Source of the DNA: a virus | Lineage: Duplodnaviria > Heunggongvirae > Uroviricota > Caudoviricetes | IMG/VR virus record: IMGVR_UViG_2718217868_000004 | Coordinates: 1 to 49,788 of that record | Length of the DNA stretch: 49,788 nucleotides | Reading direction: 5' to 3' (one strand) | Part shown: positions 1-8,909 of the stretch, in pieces | How positions within the stretch are numbered: the stretch's first letter is position 1 | Layout: the number at the start of each line of letters is the position of its first letter | Translations under genes and position numbers: made by a program | Notes under the pieces: generated by a model | Seen by the model: the letters and a program-made list of their open reading frames with translations, nothing else | What the model was told of the DNA's origin: nothing | The model's database searches: none

Positions 1-558
1 TCAGCTAGCTGGAAACTTTTTATACAGAGTTGAGAGCCCTACTCCATACGTTTTTGATACGCTTTGTCGTGATTCACCGGTTGCCATCCGCTCCCCCATT
101 TCCCGCCATTGCTCATCCGTGAACTTAGGCCTGCGACCACCAACTCGCCATTTTGCCCTGGCTACGGCCAGCCCTGCTAAGGTACGTTCGCTATTAAGAT
201 CAGATTCATACTGCGCAGCAGAAAGAATATTACGGAAATTATAGCGACCACTTGCTGTTTTCAGGTCTACGCCATCTGTAATACTCCGAAAATTAACACC
301 TTTTTCGTGCAGATTTTGAAACATCAACAGCGCATGCAGAACGTTGCGGCCTATCCTGTCCAGCTTCCAGACCACCAGTTCATCCCCCTCATTTAATGCC
401 TTGAGAAGCTTTTTTAGTGCTGGCCGGTTTGCTACCGTTCCGCTCATTTTTTCTTCGAAAATTTGTTCACATCCTGCGCGTTCGAGCGCTTGCCGCTGAA
501 GATCCGTATTTTGGTCATTTGTTGACACCCTTACATAGCCAATTTGTATATTTTTCAC
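1..558 (-). CDS. Serine recombinase, DNA invertase of the Hin/Gin/Cin/Pin family
   Basis: 185-aa ORF with N-terminal GYVRVSTNDQ catalytic-serine motif and C-terminal HTH; close resemblance to e14 Pin / Mu Gin as remembered; lies next to an inverted-repeat-flanked tail fiber segment. Confidence 0.9.
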   Translation of the reverse strand: MKNIQIGYVRVSTNDQNTDLQRQALERAGCEQIFEEKMSGTVANRPALKKLLKALNEGDELVVWKLDRIGRNVLHALLMFQNLHEKGVNFRSITDGVDLKTASGRYNFRNILSAAQYESDLNSERTLAGLAVARAKWRVGGRRPKFTDEQWREMGERMATGESRQSVSKTYGVGLSTLYKKFPAS

Positions 559-583
559 CCAGTTATTTCTGCAAAAAAATCAG

Positions 584-1447
584 GTGAAGTTATCGGCCAG
601 GCCGGCCCGTGGCAATCTATTAAACGTCGGTTTGGGAGATACAGTTACACCCAACTTCGGCAGCCTTGAAATCGGAGCCAAAAAGCCCTCTTCAGCCAGC
701 TTCGTTGACTTCCATTTTCTTGGCTCGAATGACTATGACGCGCGCATCCTTTGCGGTGGCAATTCCAATGGAGCTAATGGCAAAGGGGACTTTACATTTT
801 ATGCAGGAAAATACGTGTTTATCGGAGACAGTTTCGAGTTCCGTAATCCAATTAACTGCCAAAACAGCATCAGCGCCGATGGCACACTAAGAGCAACCAC
901 GTCGTCAAACATATGGGCTTCCAGCGATACGCAGAATGCGCACCTGTGGTTTTACGGGGTCGGTGGGAATGCATCGCGCGGGGTAATCTATGCACCTAAG
1001 GACGGTATGATCCTACTCAGACCGGACAGCAACGATAACGGTGGCGCGAATGGCTATAATTTTTCGTTTGAATCATCTGGCCGGTTCACCTGTATTTCGG
1101 TAAACCAGACCTCTGACGAACGAGTTAAGTTTGACAAAGAGCCCGTCAGTAACGCTCTGGAGAAGATTTGTACCCTGACGGGCTACACATTCGGCATTCA
1201 GCTCACCGAATCAGCGACGGTACGAAGCGCAGGCATTATCGCCCAGGAACTGGAGCAGGTTCTGCCGGTTGCTGTGAGTTCTGACGGCACCGGCACAACA
1301 CCTGCTGGAGAAGAAATTACCGCTCTCAAAACCGTGGACTACAGTGCAATGAGTGCCCTGTATGTGGAGGCGATAAAGGAGCTTGCCGAGCGTGTCAGAA
1401 GCTTAGAAAGAGAACTGCGTGAACTTTGCAGCCCATCGGCTACCTAA
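584..1447 (+). CDS. Alternative tail fiber distal module A with C-terminal intramolecular-chaperone (peptidase S74-like) domain; probably the silent copy in this orientation
   Basis: C-terminus SDERVK...AGIIAQELEQVLP...VDYSAMSALYVEAIKEL matches the endosialidase-chaperone domain pattern; reading frame crosses the left crossover site encoding VGLG; converges tail-to-tail with module B. Confidence 0.6.
   Translation: MKLSARPARGNLLNVGLGDTVTPNFGSLEIGAKKPSSASFVDFHFLGSNDYDARILCGGNSNGANGKGDFTFYAGKYVFIGDSFEFRNPINCQNSISADGTLRATTSSNIWASSDTQNAHLWFYGVGGNASRGVIYAPKDGMILLRPDSNDNGGANGYNFSFESSGRFTCISVNQTSDERVKFDKEPVSNALEKICTLTGYTFGIQLTESATVRSAGIIAQELEQVLPVAVSSDGTGTTPAGEEITALKTVDYSAMSALYVEAIKELAERVRSLERELRELCSPSAT
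615..640. repeat. Left crossover site of invertible segment (gix/hix-like, 26 bp, core TC near 627-628)
   Basis: ATCTATTAAACG-TC-GGTTTGGGAGAT is an imperfect palindrome and matches the reverse complement of the site at 2038-2063 in its core (AAAsGTCGGTTTrGGA); 57 bp from the invertase start. Confidence 0.55.
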
Positions 1448-1998
1448 TCCACCACCCGTTTCTCTAGTCCCTTCACACGGATTGTCAGCGCTTTGATTGC
1501 CGCCAGCGCATCGAGCACAAGAGGGTTGAGGTCTAGGGTCATTTTCCCCGACTCCTCAGCCGAGTGAACATATTGCGGATCTATCTTTTCCAGTTCCTGA
1601 GCAACAACACCTCGGCGTATCGTTTTCTCTTCATCAGCAAGGTAGTAGAAGGTCTTAAAATCCATTGCCACGATGTTGGCCAGAGACACTTCTAAATTAA
1701 GTTCTCCAGTAACCTTCTTGAAATTTATGTCCGATGTACCTGCAGACTGCAGCTGCGCCCACGGCGCTGATGATTTTGGTGTTTGAGGGTCAGTGGTTGT
1801 TAGAAAACGGCTGAATACCGCACTACCGTAAGTAATCCACAGCTGCGCAATTCGCTGCCCGGTGTAGGAACTCTGAAACCCACAGCCATTCGTAGGAGCC
1901 CACAGAGTATTGCCATCAGCATCACTGATGAAGGATGAACTGGCATCTGTGGGCTTATTTTGGAGAACAGCACCAACCCCAAAAGCTCCCACCTGCAT
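1444..1998 (-). CDS. Alternative tail fiber distal module B with C-terminal intramolecular-chaperone (S74-like) domain; copy currently facing the constant fiber gene
   Basis: C-terminus RRGVVAQELEKIDPQYV...LVLDALAAIKAL resembles the S74 chaperone domain; ATG at 1998 with AGGGA RBS; frame is open upstream through the right crossover site (IKVGLG). Confidence 0.6.
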   Translation of the reverse strand: MQVGAFGVGAVLQNKPTDASSSFISDADGNTLWAPTNGCGFQSSYTGQRIAQLWITYGSAVFSRFLTTTDPQTPKSSAPWAQLQSAGTSDINFKKVTGELNLEVSLANIVAMDFKTFYYLADEEKTIRRGVVAQELEKIDPQYVHSAEESGKMTLDLNPLVLDALAAIKALTIRVKGLEKRVVD

Positions 1999-2037
1999 AA
2001 CATTCCCTGCCGCAGTTCCGACATCCTTTGTCGCACT

Positions 2038-2063
2038 ACTTCCTAAACCGACCTTTATTCACC
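2038..2063. repeat. Right crossover site of invertible segment (gix-like, core GA near 2050-2051)
   Basis: ACTTCCTAAACC-GA-CCTTTATTCACC; TTCCT..AAACCGA..TTT resembles the Mu gix site as remembered; inverted relative to the 615-640 site; contains the stop codon of the upstream fiber gene. Confidence 0.55.
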
Positions 2064-3413
2064 TTCATCGTCAGTCATGGAGAGCTCAGTAGCTCTCATT
2101 CTATGGTTGTATAAAGAATCGGCAGGCATTTCGACACGCACGGACACAAACTGGTCACGGGGGATATCGACCGGGTCGCCATCATTGATACCCTGTAGCT
2201 CGTTCCTGGCGAACGCCGGTGCTTCCGGGTGTGTACGGTGATAGGTTTTCACCAGCACAGAACCGTCCGCATTAACTTCGTAATCCAGCCAGATGAGCGG
2301 CTGCTTGTTGCGGTCGGTGGGGATATCAAAACCGCCATCGATGCCGCCCCAGGCTGCGTCTGAGTTCATTCCCTCACATCCTTCAACCAGATATTCACCG
2401 ACGGCAAGACGGGTTACAGTGCAGCCTTCTGATTCATCGTTAGTCTGGTATGTACCATCCGAAAACATCTTTAACACCGGCGATGCGGCTTTTAGAGTGC
2501 CATCGCTGGCACGAGTTGTATTGATGGTGGTATAGACTGCAAACCAATCGGAATAATTGCCAGCTGCATATTTAGTTCGCCCTGCGATTCCCTTTTGAGT
2601 GATTACGCATTGGGCATTGAACAACCCAGCCCCAACATTCAATGCCACTCCATAATAGTTAATTAGCGATTCCCCTATGCTTTTCGAAGGTGAGCCTTCC
2701 CCCGCACCATTTCCGTCATCAAACTGGCGGCCATAGATGCCAGAACCACCGTAGTTGGGAGAGGCATCAGGCATATCAGTGGTGCTATTCCAGTTTTTGT
2801 TATTGGTTGTCCCAGTAAAAACTTGCTCAACTATTTGCAGGCTATTCCTTGCATCTTTAGCTGAGTTGGCACCCGTCCCACCTAAGCTGACAGGTACCAC
2901 ACCTTTGCTATCTACCAAACCGAGGTTTGTGCGAGCGTCTGCTGCAGTCGTTGCCCCGGTCCCGCCGTCTGCAACAGCAAGCGCACCGTTGCTCCCTTTC
3001 TGCGCAAGTTTACCGATGCCTGGGATGGTTACGGCGGTGCCGTTGATGGTAACTGTGATGCTTTGGTTTGCTGAGGTGGTGGCGAACGTCTCCCACGCGC
3101 CAATATTCTCGTCATATTCTTTGATGAGCTGCGACATTGCCTGGGCCAGTCCGTCGACGGAGATAATGTCTGACACCAGAATGGCGTATTTCTGGCCGCT
3201 CAGCGCCGGAGAAGCTGCAGGCGTAATCGTCATTGACGTGGCGCTGTTCACGGATGAAATCTGGAACAGCTGCACCGGGTTAGACATCACGATAATTGTC
3301 TGCCCAGCGCGAACCTGGCTGGCCGGTGCCGTCCAGTTTGTGCCCGTCCCGGTGGCGGTATTTCCATTAATGGCGATGGTGCCGGTGTTATAAAGCATAT
3401 TTTCTCCAGGCAA
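2055..3413 (-). CDS. Side tail fiber protein (Stf-like, constant part); probable true start at ATG 3398
   Basis: Gly/Thr-rich N-terminus and repeated GGTGA..DARxNLGL phage tail fiber repeats; GGAG RBS before the ATG at 3398; stop codon sits inside the right crossover site. Confidence 0.8.
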   Translation of the reverse strand: MPGENMLYNTGTIAINGNTATGTGTNWTAPASQVRAGQTIIVMSNPVQLFQISSVNSATSMTITPAASPALSGQKYAILVSDIISVDGLAQAMSQLIKEYDENIGAWETFATTSANQSITVTINGTAVTIPGIGKLAQKGSNGALAVADGGTGATTAADARTNLGLVDSKGVVPVSLGGTGANSAKDARNSLQIVEQVFTGTTNNKNWNSTTDMPDASPNYGGSGIYGRQFDDGNGAGEGSPSKSIGESLINYYGVALNVGAGLFNAQCVITQKGIAGRTKYAAGNYSDWFAVYTTINTTRASDGTLKAASPVLKMFSDGTYQTNDESEGCTVTRLAVGEYLVEGCEGMNSDAAWGGIDGGFDIPTDRNKQPLIWLDYEVNADGSVLVKTYHRTHPEAPAFARNELQGINDGDPVDIPRDQFVSVRVEMPADSLYNHRMRATELSMTDDEGE

Positions 3414-3437
3414 TAAAAAAACCCCGCCGGAGCGAGG
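3414..3437 (-). terminator. Intrinsic terminator-like hairpin plus U-run on the minus strand, immediately upstream of the tail fiber RBS
   Basis: Minus-strand CCTCGC-tccg-GCGGGG stem followed by TTTTTTT; member of the GCCCCGC/GCGAGGC hairpin family seen four times in the window. Confidence 0.5.
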
Positions 3438-3458
3438 TTTATGTTTAAGCGTAGTGGG

Positions 3459-3692
3459 TTATTTGCAGGTTGTTTCGGTAAATGTATTCGCACTTACCCA
3501 GCGCCAGCTGAAAGGATATCCAGCCCGGTACTGCGTCTGGTTGTTTTGTTTACGCACACCGTAAATCTGAACCGTAGTTTCCTGACCGCCAACGATTGCA
3601 GTGCCGCTGCAAACTGGTTCCTGTTTCTCAATTACGCCAGCGCATCCTGTAAGCATGACAGCGCCTGCCATGCAGATAATCAGTTTTCTCAT
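3459..3692 (-). CDS. Small outer-membrane lipoprotein, possible Llp/Cor-type superinfection-exclusion factor
   Basis: 77-aa ORF with signal peptide and lipobox LTGC; mature part about 61 aa with two further Cys; located between the J-proximal genes and the side tail fiber; the function is inference from size and position. Confidence 0.6.
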   Translation of the reverse strand: MRKLIICMAGAVMLTGCAGVIEKQEPVCSGTAIVGGQETTVQIYGVRKQNNQTQYRAGYPFSWRWVSANTFTETTCK

Positions 3693-3759
3693 TTTGATAG
3701 TATCCAGAGGAATTCAGTATCTTAGACGATACCAATACAATTCTGGTGGGTATAATTGA

Positions 3760-3803
3760 TTGGATAGATCAATATTATGTTATTGATCGCTAAAAACGAT
3801 CAA
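3760..3803. promoter_or_regulatory. AT-rich promoter region with three clustered GATC sites and an 8-bp inverted repeat upstream of the lipoprotein gene
   Basis: GATC near 3767, 3785 and 3798; ATTGATCG-N7-CGATCAAT inverted repeat; minus-strand TTGATC / CATAAT promoter-like hexamers. Confidence 0.3.
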
Positions 3804-4478
3804 TCAATCATAGGCCGCTGTATTTATGGCGGTTAATGAAATGCCAGTATTCGTTCCCCCTCCAGGTGAACCTGCCCCAGTGGAGGTCCCCCCTGCGTTT
3901 ATCCTCGTATTGGCCCCGTCAAACCTGCATGAAGAATAAGCATTTATCGTGTAGATAGTCGGAGGCTGGGTTGAATTATTCACAATGATGGTCTGACCCA
4001 ACTGAGCAGGTGCAACGGCCCATGACCCGCTCAGCGTCTGGTCAATATTTATCCCGCCGTTTGCACCAGGCGTGCCAACCGTCTGCAGGTCTGATAGCAC
4101 ACGGGACTCATTAGTTAACACAAGCTTTCCGCTCGCATCCCATATTGCCAAACCCCATTTCGGTAATATCTGCGGGAATATGGCAAAAACGTACGCCGTT
4201 AAAGTGAAACTTTGGTTGTAGGGATTAACACCAGCAACATACACATTACCGCCGTTCCTGTAAGACATAACCGGAGTGGGCTGTGCTGTATTGGTGGTTT
4301 TGATAAAAACCATCACTGGGTAATCAGCGTTTAAAGCGATATTTTGAGCAACCTGCTGAGAACTGCCATTCGCGGATGAATTGAAGGTATACTTCCCGTA
4401 AAGACAGAAAGGCGTTGATTGTGGCGTTACAAAGGGATTCCCGTTATCCATTAATATCATCGCGCCAAATTCGGCCAT
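3804..4478 (-). CDS. Hypothetical tail-associated protein downstream of J
   Basis: 224-aa ORF, Gly/Thr/Asn-rich, abuts the next gene; position after J. Confidence 0.5.
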   Translation of the reverse strand: MAEFGAMILMDNGNPFVTPQSTPFCLYGKYTFNSSANGSSQQVAQNIALNADYPVMVFIKTTNTAQPTPVMSYRNGGNVYVAGVNPYNQSFTLTAYVFAIFPQILPKWGLAIWDASGKLVLTNESRVLSDLQTVGTPGANGGINIDQTLSGSWAVAPAQLGQTIIVNNSTQPPTIYTINAYSSCRFDGANTRINAGGTSTGAGSPGGGTNTGISLTAINTAAYD

Positions 4479-4780
4479 TATGCTTTCTCCATGAAAACGA
4501 CCACCTCACATTTAGAGGCCGGGTAATTACCCAGGCCCACAGAAGAGGCTGCGGTTACGGTTATTGTGTTCCCTGACGCGACAATGCTCCTCCCTACGCT
4601 GTTACCTCCTTCATCAAGTGAGAGCGCAAAACCGACCTTCATTCCTGAGGGTACAGTGAAAGACCAGCTGCCGGAGTTTTGTCCGGCGGCAAGTTGTATA
4701 CGTCCAACAACGGAAACGGGCTTGATTCCGTAGTTGTTGGGGTTTCCCGAAGCATCCCAGGTCTGTATTCCATAAGCCAT
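4478..4780 (-). CDS. Hypothetical tail-associated protein downstream of J
   Basis: 100-aa ORF immediately after the J stop; start overlaps the stop of the next gene. Confidence 0.5.
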   Translation of the reverse strand: MAYGIQTWDASGNPNNYGIKPVSVVGRIQLAAGQNSGSWSFTVPSGMKVGFALSLDEGGNSVGRSIVASGNTITVTAASSVGLGNYPASKCEVVVFMEKA

Positions 4781-4781
4781 A

Positions 4782-7700
4782 TCAGAACACCCCCGTTAAT
4801 CGGCCAACCTGCACTCTCAGAACGTTGTTGCCATCCTTGACGCTGATTGTCTGGTTGGTCTGCTTCATGGCTCCCTCCCCAGCTGTCGAACCGTAGTTCT
4901 CAAACGTCCCGGACTTATCCAGTTTCCAGCCAACAGAGCCGGCAACATAATTGTTCGACTGGATGTAATTGCCAATTTTTGCATTGCTTATGGTCCCGTC
5001 GCCAATGACTGTATCCCTGATAATGGCCTGGCCATTCTGGATAACGAACGGCAGTGTTACAGTCCCGCCGACCATAGTAGTCACGGCGAAACGGTCTGCC
5101 AGGAAGATTACCTGTGACTGCATGCCGGAGGGTGTATTTTGAACCCCAATACCCATCCCGGCAGCGTAATACTGCCCGTTACTGGACACCCCCACCTTGA
5201 TGTTATACATCGCGCTGAGGTTACCGTTTACATCTGCTATAGCCTGTGCGTTGACGTTTATCGCTGCACTGTTTTCGCCTGATTTAACAGTCAGAGTGTT
5301 GATTTTTGTTGCCGAAGCCTGGGTGAAATCAGCAAGAGTTTCTGTCAGGTCCGTTGAGTTAGAGATATTGCCACCAGCTTCTGCATCCAGTGTGACCAGC
5401 GCGCGTGCGACCGCCTGGCTGGTATCGGCAATCGTAGTATCCACTCTGTCTATACTGGCACTGTTCCCGGCGTTCGTGGCGGTCTGCGAGCGACGGCTTA
5501 CCACCTGCGCCAGCCCATTCTGAATAATCGCGATTGCCGAGTTCTTCACTCCTCCCGTCATGCCGTCCATCGACACAGAAATCTCGTCGATCTTCACTTC
5601 GGCCTGAGCCAGCCCGTCAGCGTTCTCCAGGATGTCTTTCGCCTGCTGCTCGAGTTCGTCGGCATGGTTTTTAATTTCGTCAGCCATGCCAGCAATTTTT
5701 TCGTTGCTGTCCACCGCGTTCTCGATCAGATCTTTGAACGTATCGGAGCCTTTCATGTCCTCCAGGATTGCATCGGTGATATCGGAAACATCGATGCTGG
5801 CCTGCCCGCGCACCCAGTCTGTCCAGTCGCTCTGATTCCCGATGCGGTCAACCAGCCGTGCCCGGTACCAGAATTCCTGCCCTGCCTTCAGCCCCATCTG
5901 CTGATAGAGTTTCTGAGGATACGGCACCGACGCCAAAAGCATTGGATTTGCCCCATCGACTGAAGCGCTGTATTGCAGTTCCGTGCTCAGGGTGTCGGCG
6001 GTATCTGCGGGGAAACCCCATGTAATGTTGATCCCAAATACAACATCCTCTGTTGCTGTTAGTCCGACAGGTTTGGGCACTTCACCGGTGCGGCCGGTAA
6101 GATGGGTCAACGCAGACGTGGCCCAAAGGCTGGACGCTCCCCCAGAGTTAATCGCACGGACGCGCACAAGGTAATCGCCCTCGAAAATGCCAGGCACTTC
6201 GATATTTCGTAACCCGGTTTCAGGCACGTTTACCCATTCGTTATTTCCGCGCTTCCACTGTGCCCGGTACGCTATTACGTCCGACTGCAGTTTGCCGTCT
6301 TTATCAATTGGCGCATCCCACGAGGCGGTTAGCGTGGCCACGCGTTGCCCCTGGCGAACCGCATCATAGCTCGATACCACGATGTTGGTCGGCTGGTTAA
6401 CTAGCCCGGTCGGAATCAGGCTTATCGGAGGAGTATCGAGGCGAGCGTTGTTATCAACGGCGTCGTATTTCGACGCGTTATACTCCGCACCGGTAATGGT
6501 GAAGGTGTTTTCCTCATCATCAAATTTTAGGTTCGTTACCCGGAAATACTGCAGGCGCAGCTGACCAGCATCAATGACGAATACGGCATTAGGTAATGGC
6601 GCCGCCGTGAACGGCGTGGACAGGATCAGCTGCGTGCCATTTACGGCCTGTATCACCCGGCTTTCAACGGTACCGCCCTGGGTGCGAATCATCAGCGTAT
6701 CGCCCGCCACCGCACTGGTGCCCCGGTCAATGGTCACGGCCTTAAGACCAGCGTTATACCCGGTGATACGCCCGCCGTAAACGCGCCCTGACAGGCGTTC
6801 ATCTGCAAACGCAAATACGGTGCCCGGCACGAATACAAAGCCATCAAGTCCAGTCTGAAGCGTGATAATGCGGTCAAGGGAGTTGGAATACACCGCCCAC
6901 CCGCCACGCCGCTGCGCCTCGCTCTCACGCGTACAACCGATCGCAGTGATTTGTGTCTGCTTAAACTTGAACTGCCTTACCAGTTCCGGAAACATCACTG
7001 CCGTGGTGCGGTCCTGGTAGTGGTTATCCGGATCGCTGAAGTTAATCAGCGCGCTGGAGAATCGGTTTTTCTCACTGCCACTCGAGTACACCGGCTTACC
7101 CACCACTGATGCGCGAGTGAGGATCTGCAACTTCGTAGTGTCCGCCGGCATGTCAGAGACAACATTGAACATGTTGTTGCCCCAGAAAGTCATTCCGTTG
7201 AAGCCCGCGGCAATATCTTTAATCACCTGCCAGGCATCAGCCTGGGACTGGATGTAAACGTCAAACATGAAGCGTGGCTCGGTACCGCTTCCGCCTTTCC
7301 CGTCGGGTACCTTCTGGTCGCAGCGCTGGGCGATGCGATAGAGCTCCCACTTATCGAGCATTTCTGGCGTCACGCGGCGCCCAAGGCCGAAGCGCGGCTC
7401 AGTCAGAACATCGAACCAAATCCACGCCGGGTTATTCGTCCAGCCCCATTTAAACGTCCCGTCCCATGTTCCGCTATAAGTCCGCGCTATTGGATCATAG
7501 TTCGAAGGGATTCGGATGATGCGCCCCTTCGGCATGCAGGAAATCTTAGGGATGTTGTTGAATGACTTTGCGTTAAAGGACACGTACAGCAGCGCTGTGT
7601 GTGGATATCGCAGGCGAGCATCGATCACTTCAGTAATCGCTTGCACCTGCGTTTTGTTCTGCAGCATCTGGCTGGTGCTGTCATCGGTGTCACGCACCAC

Positions 7701-8261
7701 TCGAATTTGCCAGCCAGTGCTGGCTTTGGGAAGATTAATACGGTGGGTTAGTTCATAGAGCGAGCTGAGCTTCTCTGTGACGGTTTTCGTCATGACTGTC
7801 GAGTAAGCGCCACCGTCCACCGCCAGATCAATATGGTACTGAACCGTAGTGCCGACAATATCCCCATCGTTTTCCTGCTGCTGTAACCCAGGGATGCCAA
7901 TACGAACCAGCACCGCGTCAATCTGGGTGTTACTCAGTGCGCGGGTCCATGGTGTGGCCTTTGTCAGCGATACCCCAACCGTAGTTTCATTCTCGACTGC
8001 AGGGAATCCCGGTATTGGTGTCTGGGTCTGTGTGCCAGGCCGGAAATCCCATGACACATTTTCAAAATTCATCGTTCCGTCGGGGTTTCCCAACGGCGTA
8101 CCGTCCAGGAATATCCGGGTCGCATCCAGGCCACCAGCAAACTCCCCCTCCCCGAGCGCCAGCAGCATGCGGCAGCGCGCCATTGACTGAGCCGAATCGG
8201 GCTGTTCTACAGGTGTGTGCTGCTTCTGGCTGCCACCCTTTGCACCAGTGATCGCTTCCAT
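4782..8261 (-). CDS. Central tail fiber / tip attachment protein J (host specificity protein)
   Basis: 1159 aa; N-terminus and overall organisation resemble lambda J as remembered; follows tail assembly genes I, K, L, M. Confidence 0.9.
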   Translation of the reverse strand: MEAITGAKGGSQKQHTPVEQPDSAQSMARCRMLLALGEGEFAGGLDATRIFLDGTPLGNPDGTMNFENVSWDFRPGTQTQTPIPGFPAVENETTVGVSLTKATPWTRALSNTQIDAVLVRIGIPGLQQQENDGDIVGTTVQYHIDLAVDGGAYSTVMTKTVTEKLSSLYELTHRINLPKASTGWQIRVVRDTDDSTSQMLQNKTQVQAITEVIDARLRYPHTALLYVSFNAKSFNNIPKISCMPKGRIIRIPSNYDPIARTYSGTWDGTFKWGWTNNPAWIWFDVLTEPRFGLGRRVTPEMLDKWELYRIAQRCDQKVPDGKGGSGTEPRFMFDVYIQSQADAWQVIKDIAAGFNGMTFWGNNMFNVVSDMPADTTKLQILTRASVVGKPVYSSGSEKNRFSSALINFSDPDNHYQDRTTAVMFPELVRQFKFKQTQITAIGCTRESEAQRRGGWAVYSNSLDRIITLQTGLDGFVFVPGTVFAFADERLSGRVYGGRITGYNAGLKAVTIDRGTSAVAGDTLMIRTQGGTVESRVIQAVNGTQLILSTPFTAAPLPNAVFVIDAGQLRLQYFRVTNLKFDDEENTFTITGAEYNASKYDAVDNNARLDTPPISLIPTGLVNQPTNIVVSSYDAVRQGQRVATLTASWDAPIDKDGKLQSDVIAYRAQWKRGNNEWVNVPETGLRNIEVPGIFEGDYLVRVRAINSGGASSLWATSALTHLTGRTGEVPKPVGLTATEDVVFGINITWGFPADTADTLSTELQYSASVDGANPMLLASVPYPQKLYQQMGLKAGQEFWYRARLVDRIGNQSDWTDWVRGQASIDVSDITDAILEDMKGSDTFKDLIENAVDSNEKIAGMADEIKNHADELEQQAKDILENADGLAQAEVKIDEISVSMDGMTGGVKNSAIAIIQNGLAQVVSRRSQTATNAGNSASIDRVDTTIADTSQAVARALVTLDAEAGGNISNSTDLTETLADFTQASATKINTLTVKSGENSAAINVNAQAIADVNGNLSAMYNIKVGVSSNGQYYAAGMGIGVQNTPSGMQSQVIFLADRFAVTTMVGGTVTLPFVIQNGQAIIRDTVIGDGTISNAKIGNYIQSNNYVAGSVGWKLDKSGTFENYGSTAGEGAMKQTNQTISVKDGNNVLRVQVGRLTGVF

Positions 8262-8315
8262 ATTACATCCATAAAAAAAGCACCCAATTGGGTGCTTGAT
8301 ATTCAGAAAGGAGTT

Positions 8316-8909
8316 TTAGATGTCTTCTGCGACTATGCCGGCACTGATGATGGCGCCGCCAATCTCGCGCTCACCATAAAGAAGCGCGACCGGGTTACCC
8401 ATCGCAAGGGTATTCACCGAGCCACCGAAGGCATATGATGGTTTATTGTCAGGATCGTCTCGCCCCTGTAGTCCTTTGGGCTGGGGCGAAAGCATCTGGT
8501 AAATTCCTCCAGCCATCATTCCGATACCAGCGGAGACCATTCCCGCGCCAATGACACCTGCTGAAAAGAACGTCATGCCCGTGACGACGATGCCCGCCAC
8601 AACCATGACAGCACCCAATATCGTCTGGAACAAACCAGCTTTTTTTGCCCCTTCCATCACTGGTGCTATGCGAATATCGGTGCTTCCGGCCAGGTTCTTA
8701 AAATCATCCGCGCCAATGTTGCGCCTGCCGCGAAACACCGCGAACGTCATGCCATTCTTTTTGGCGTTCAGAAGATAGCTTTCCAGCCCGTCCAGGTTGA
8801 TGCAAAGCGCCTTTACCGCCTCAGCTGATGTCTGCACCGCCAGCCTGTGAACACGGCCAAACCGGGCTCCCAGCACACCGTACAATCGAATCGTGGTTAA
8901 ACGCGCCAT
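8316..8909 (-). CDS. Tail assembly protein I
   Basis: 197 aa with Gly-rich hydrophobic C-terminal half; positioned between K and J. Confidence 0.8.
   Translation of the reverse strand: MARLTTIRLYGVLGARFGRVHRLAVQTSAEAVKALCINLDGLESYLLNAKKNGMTFAVFRGRRNIGADDFKNLAGSTDIRIAPVMEGAKKAGLFQTILGAVMVVAGIVVTGMTFFSAGVIGAGMVSAGIGMMAGGIYQMLSPQPKGLQGRDDPDNKPSYAFGGSVNTLAMGNPVALLYGEREIGGAIISAGIVAEDI

Noticed and set aside
2038-2063. Programmed frameshift fusing the constant tail fiber to the variable modules
   Set aside because: The frames differ by one nucleotide at the stop, but there is no slippery heptamer or stimulatory structure; separate translation, decay or a sequencing indel is more plausible.
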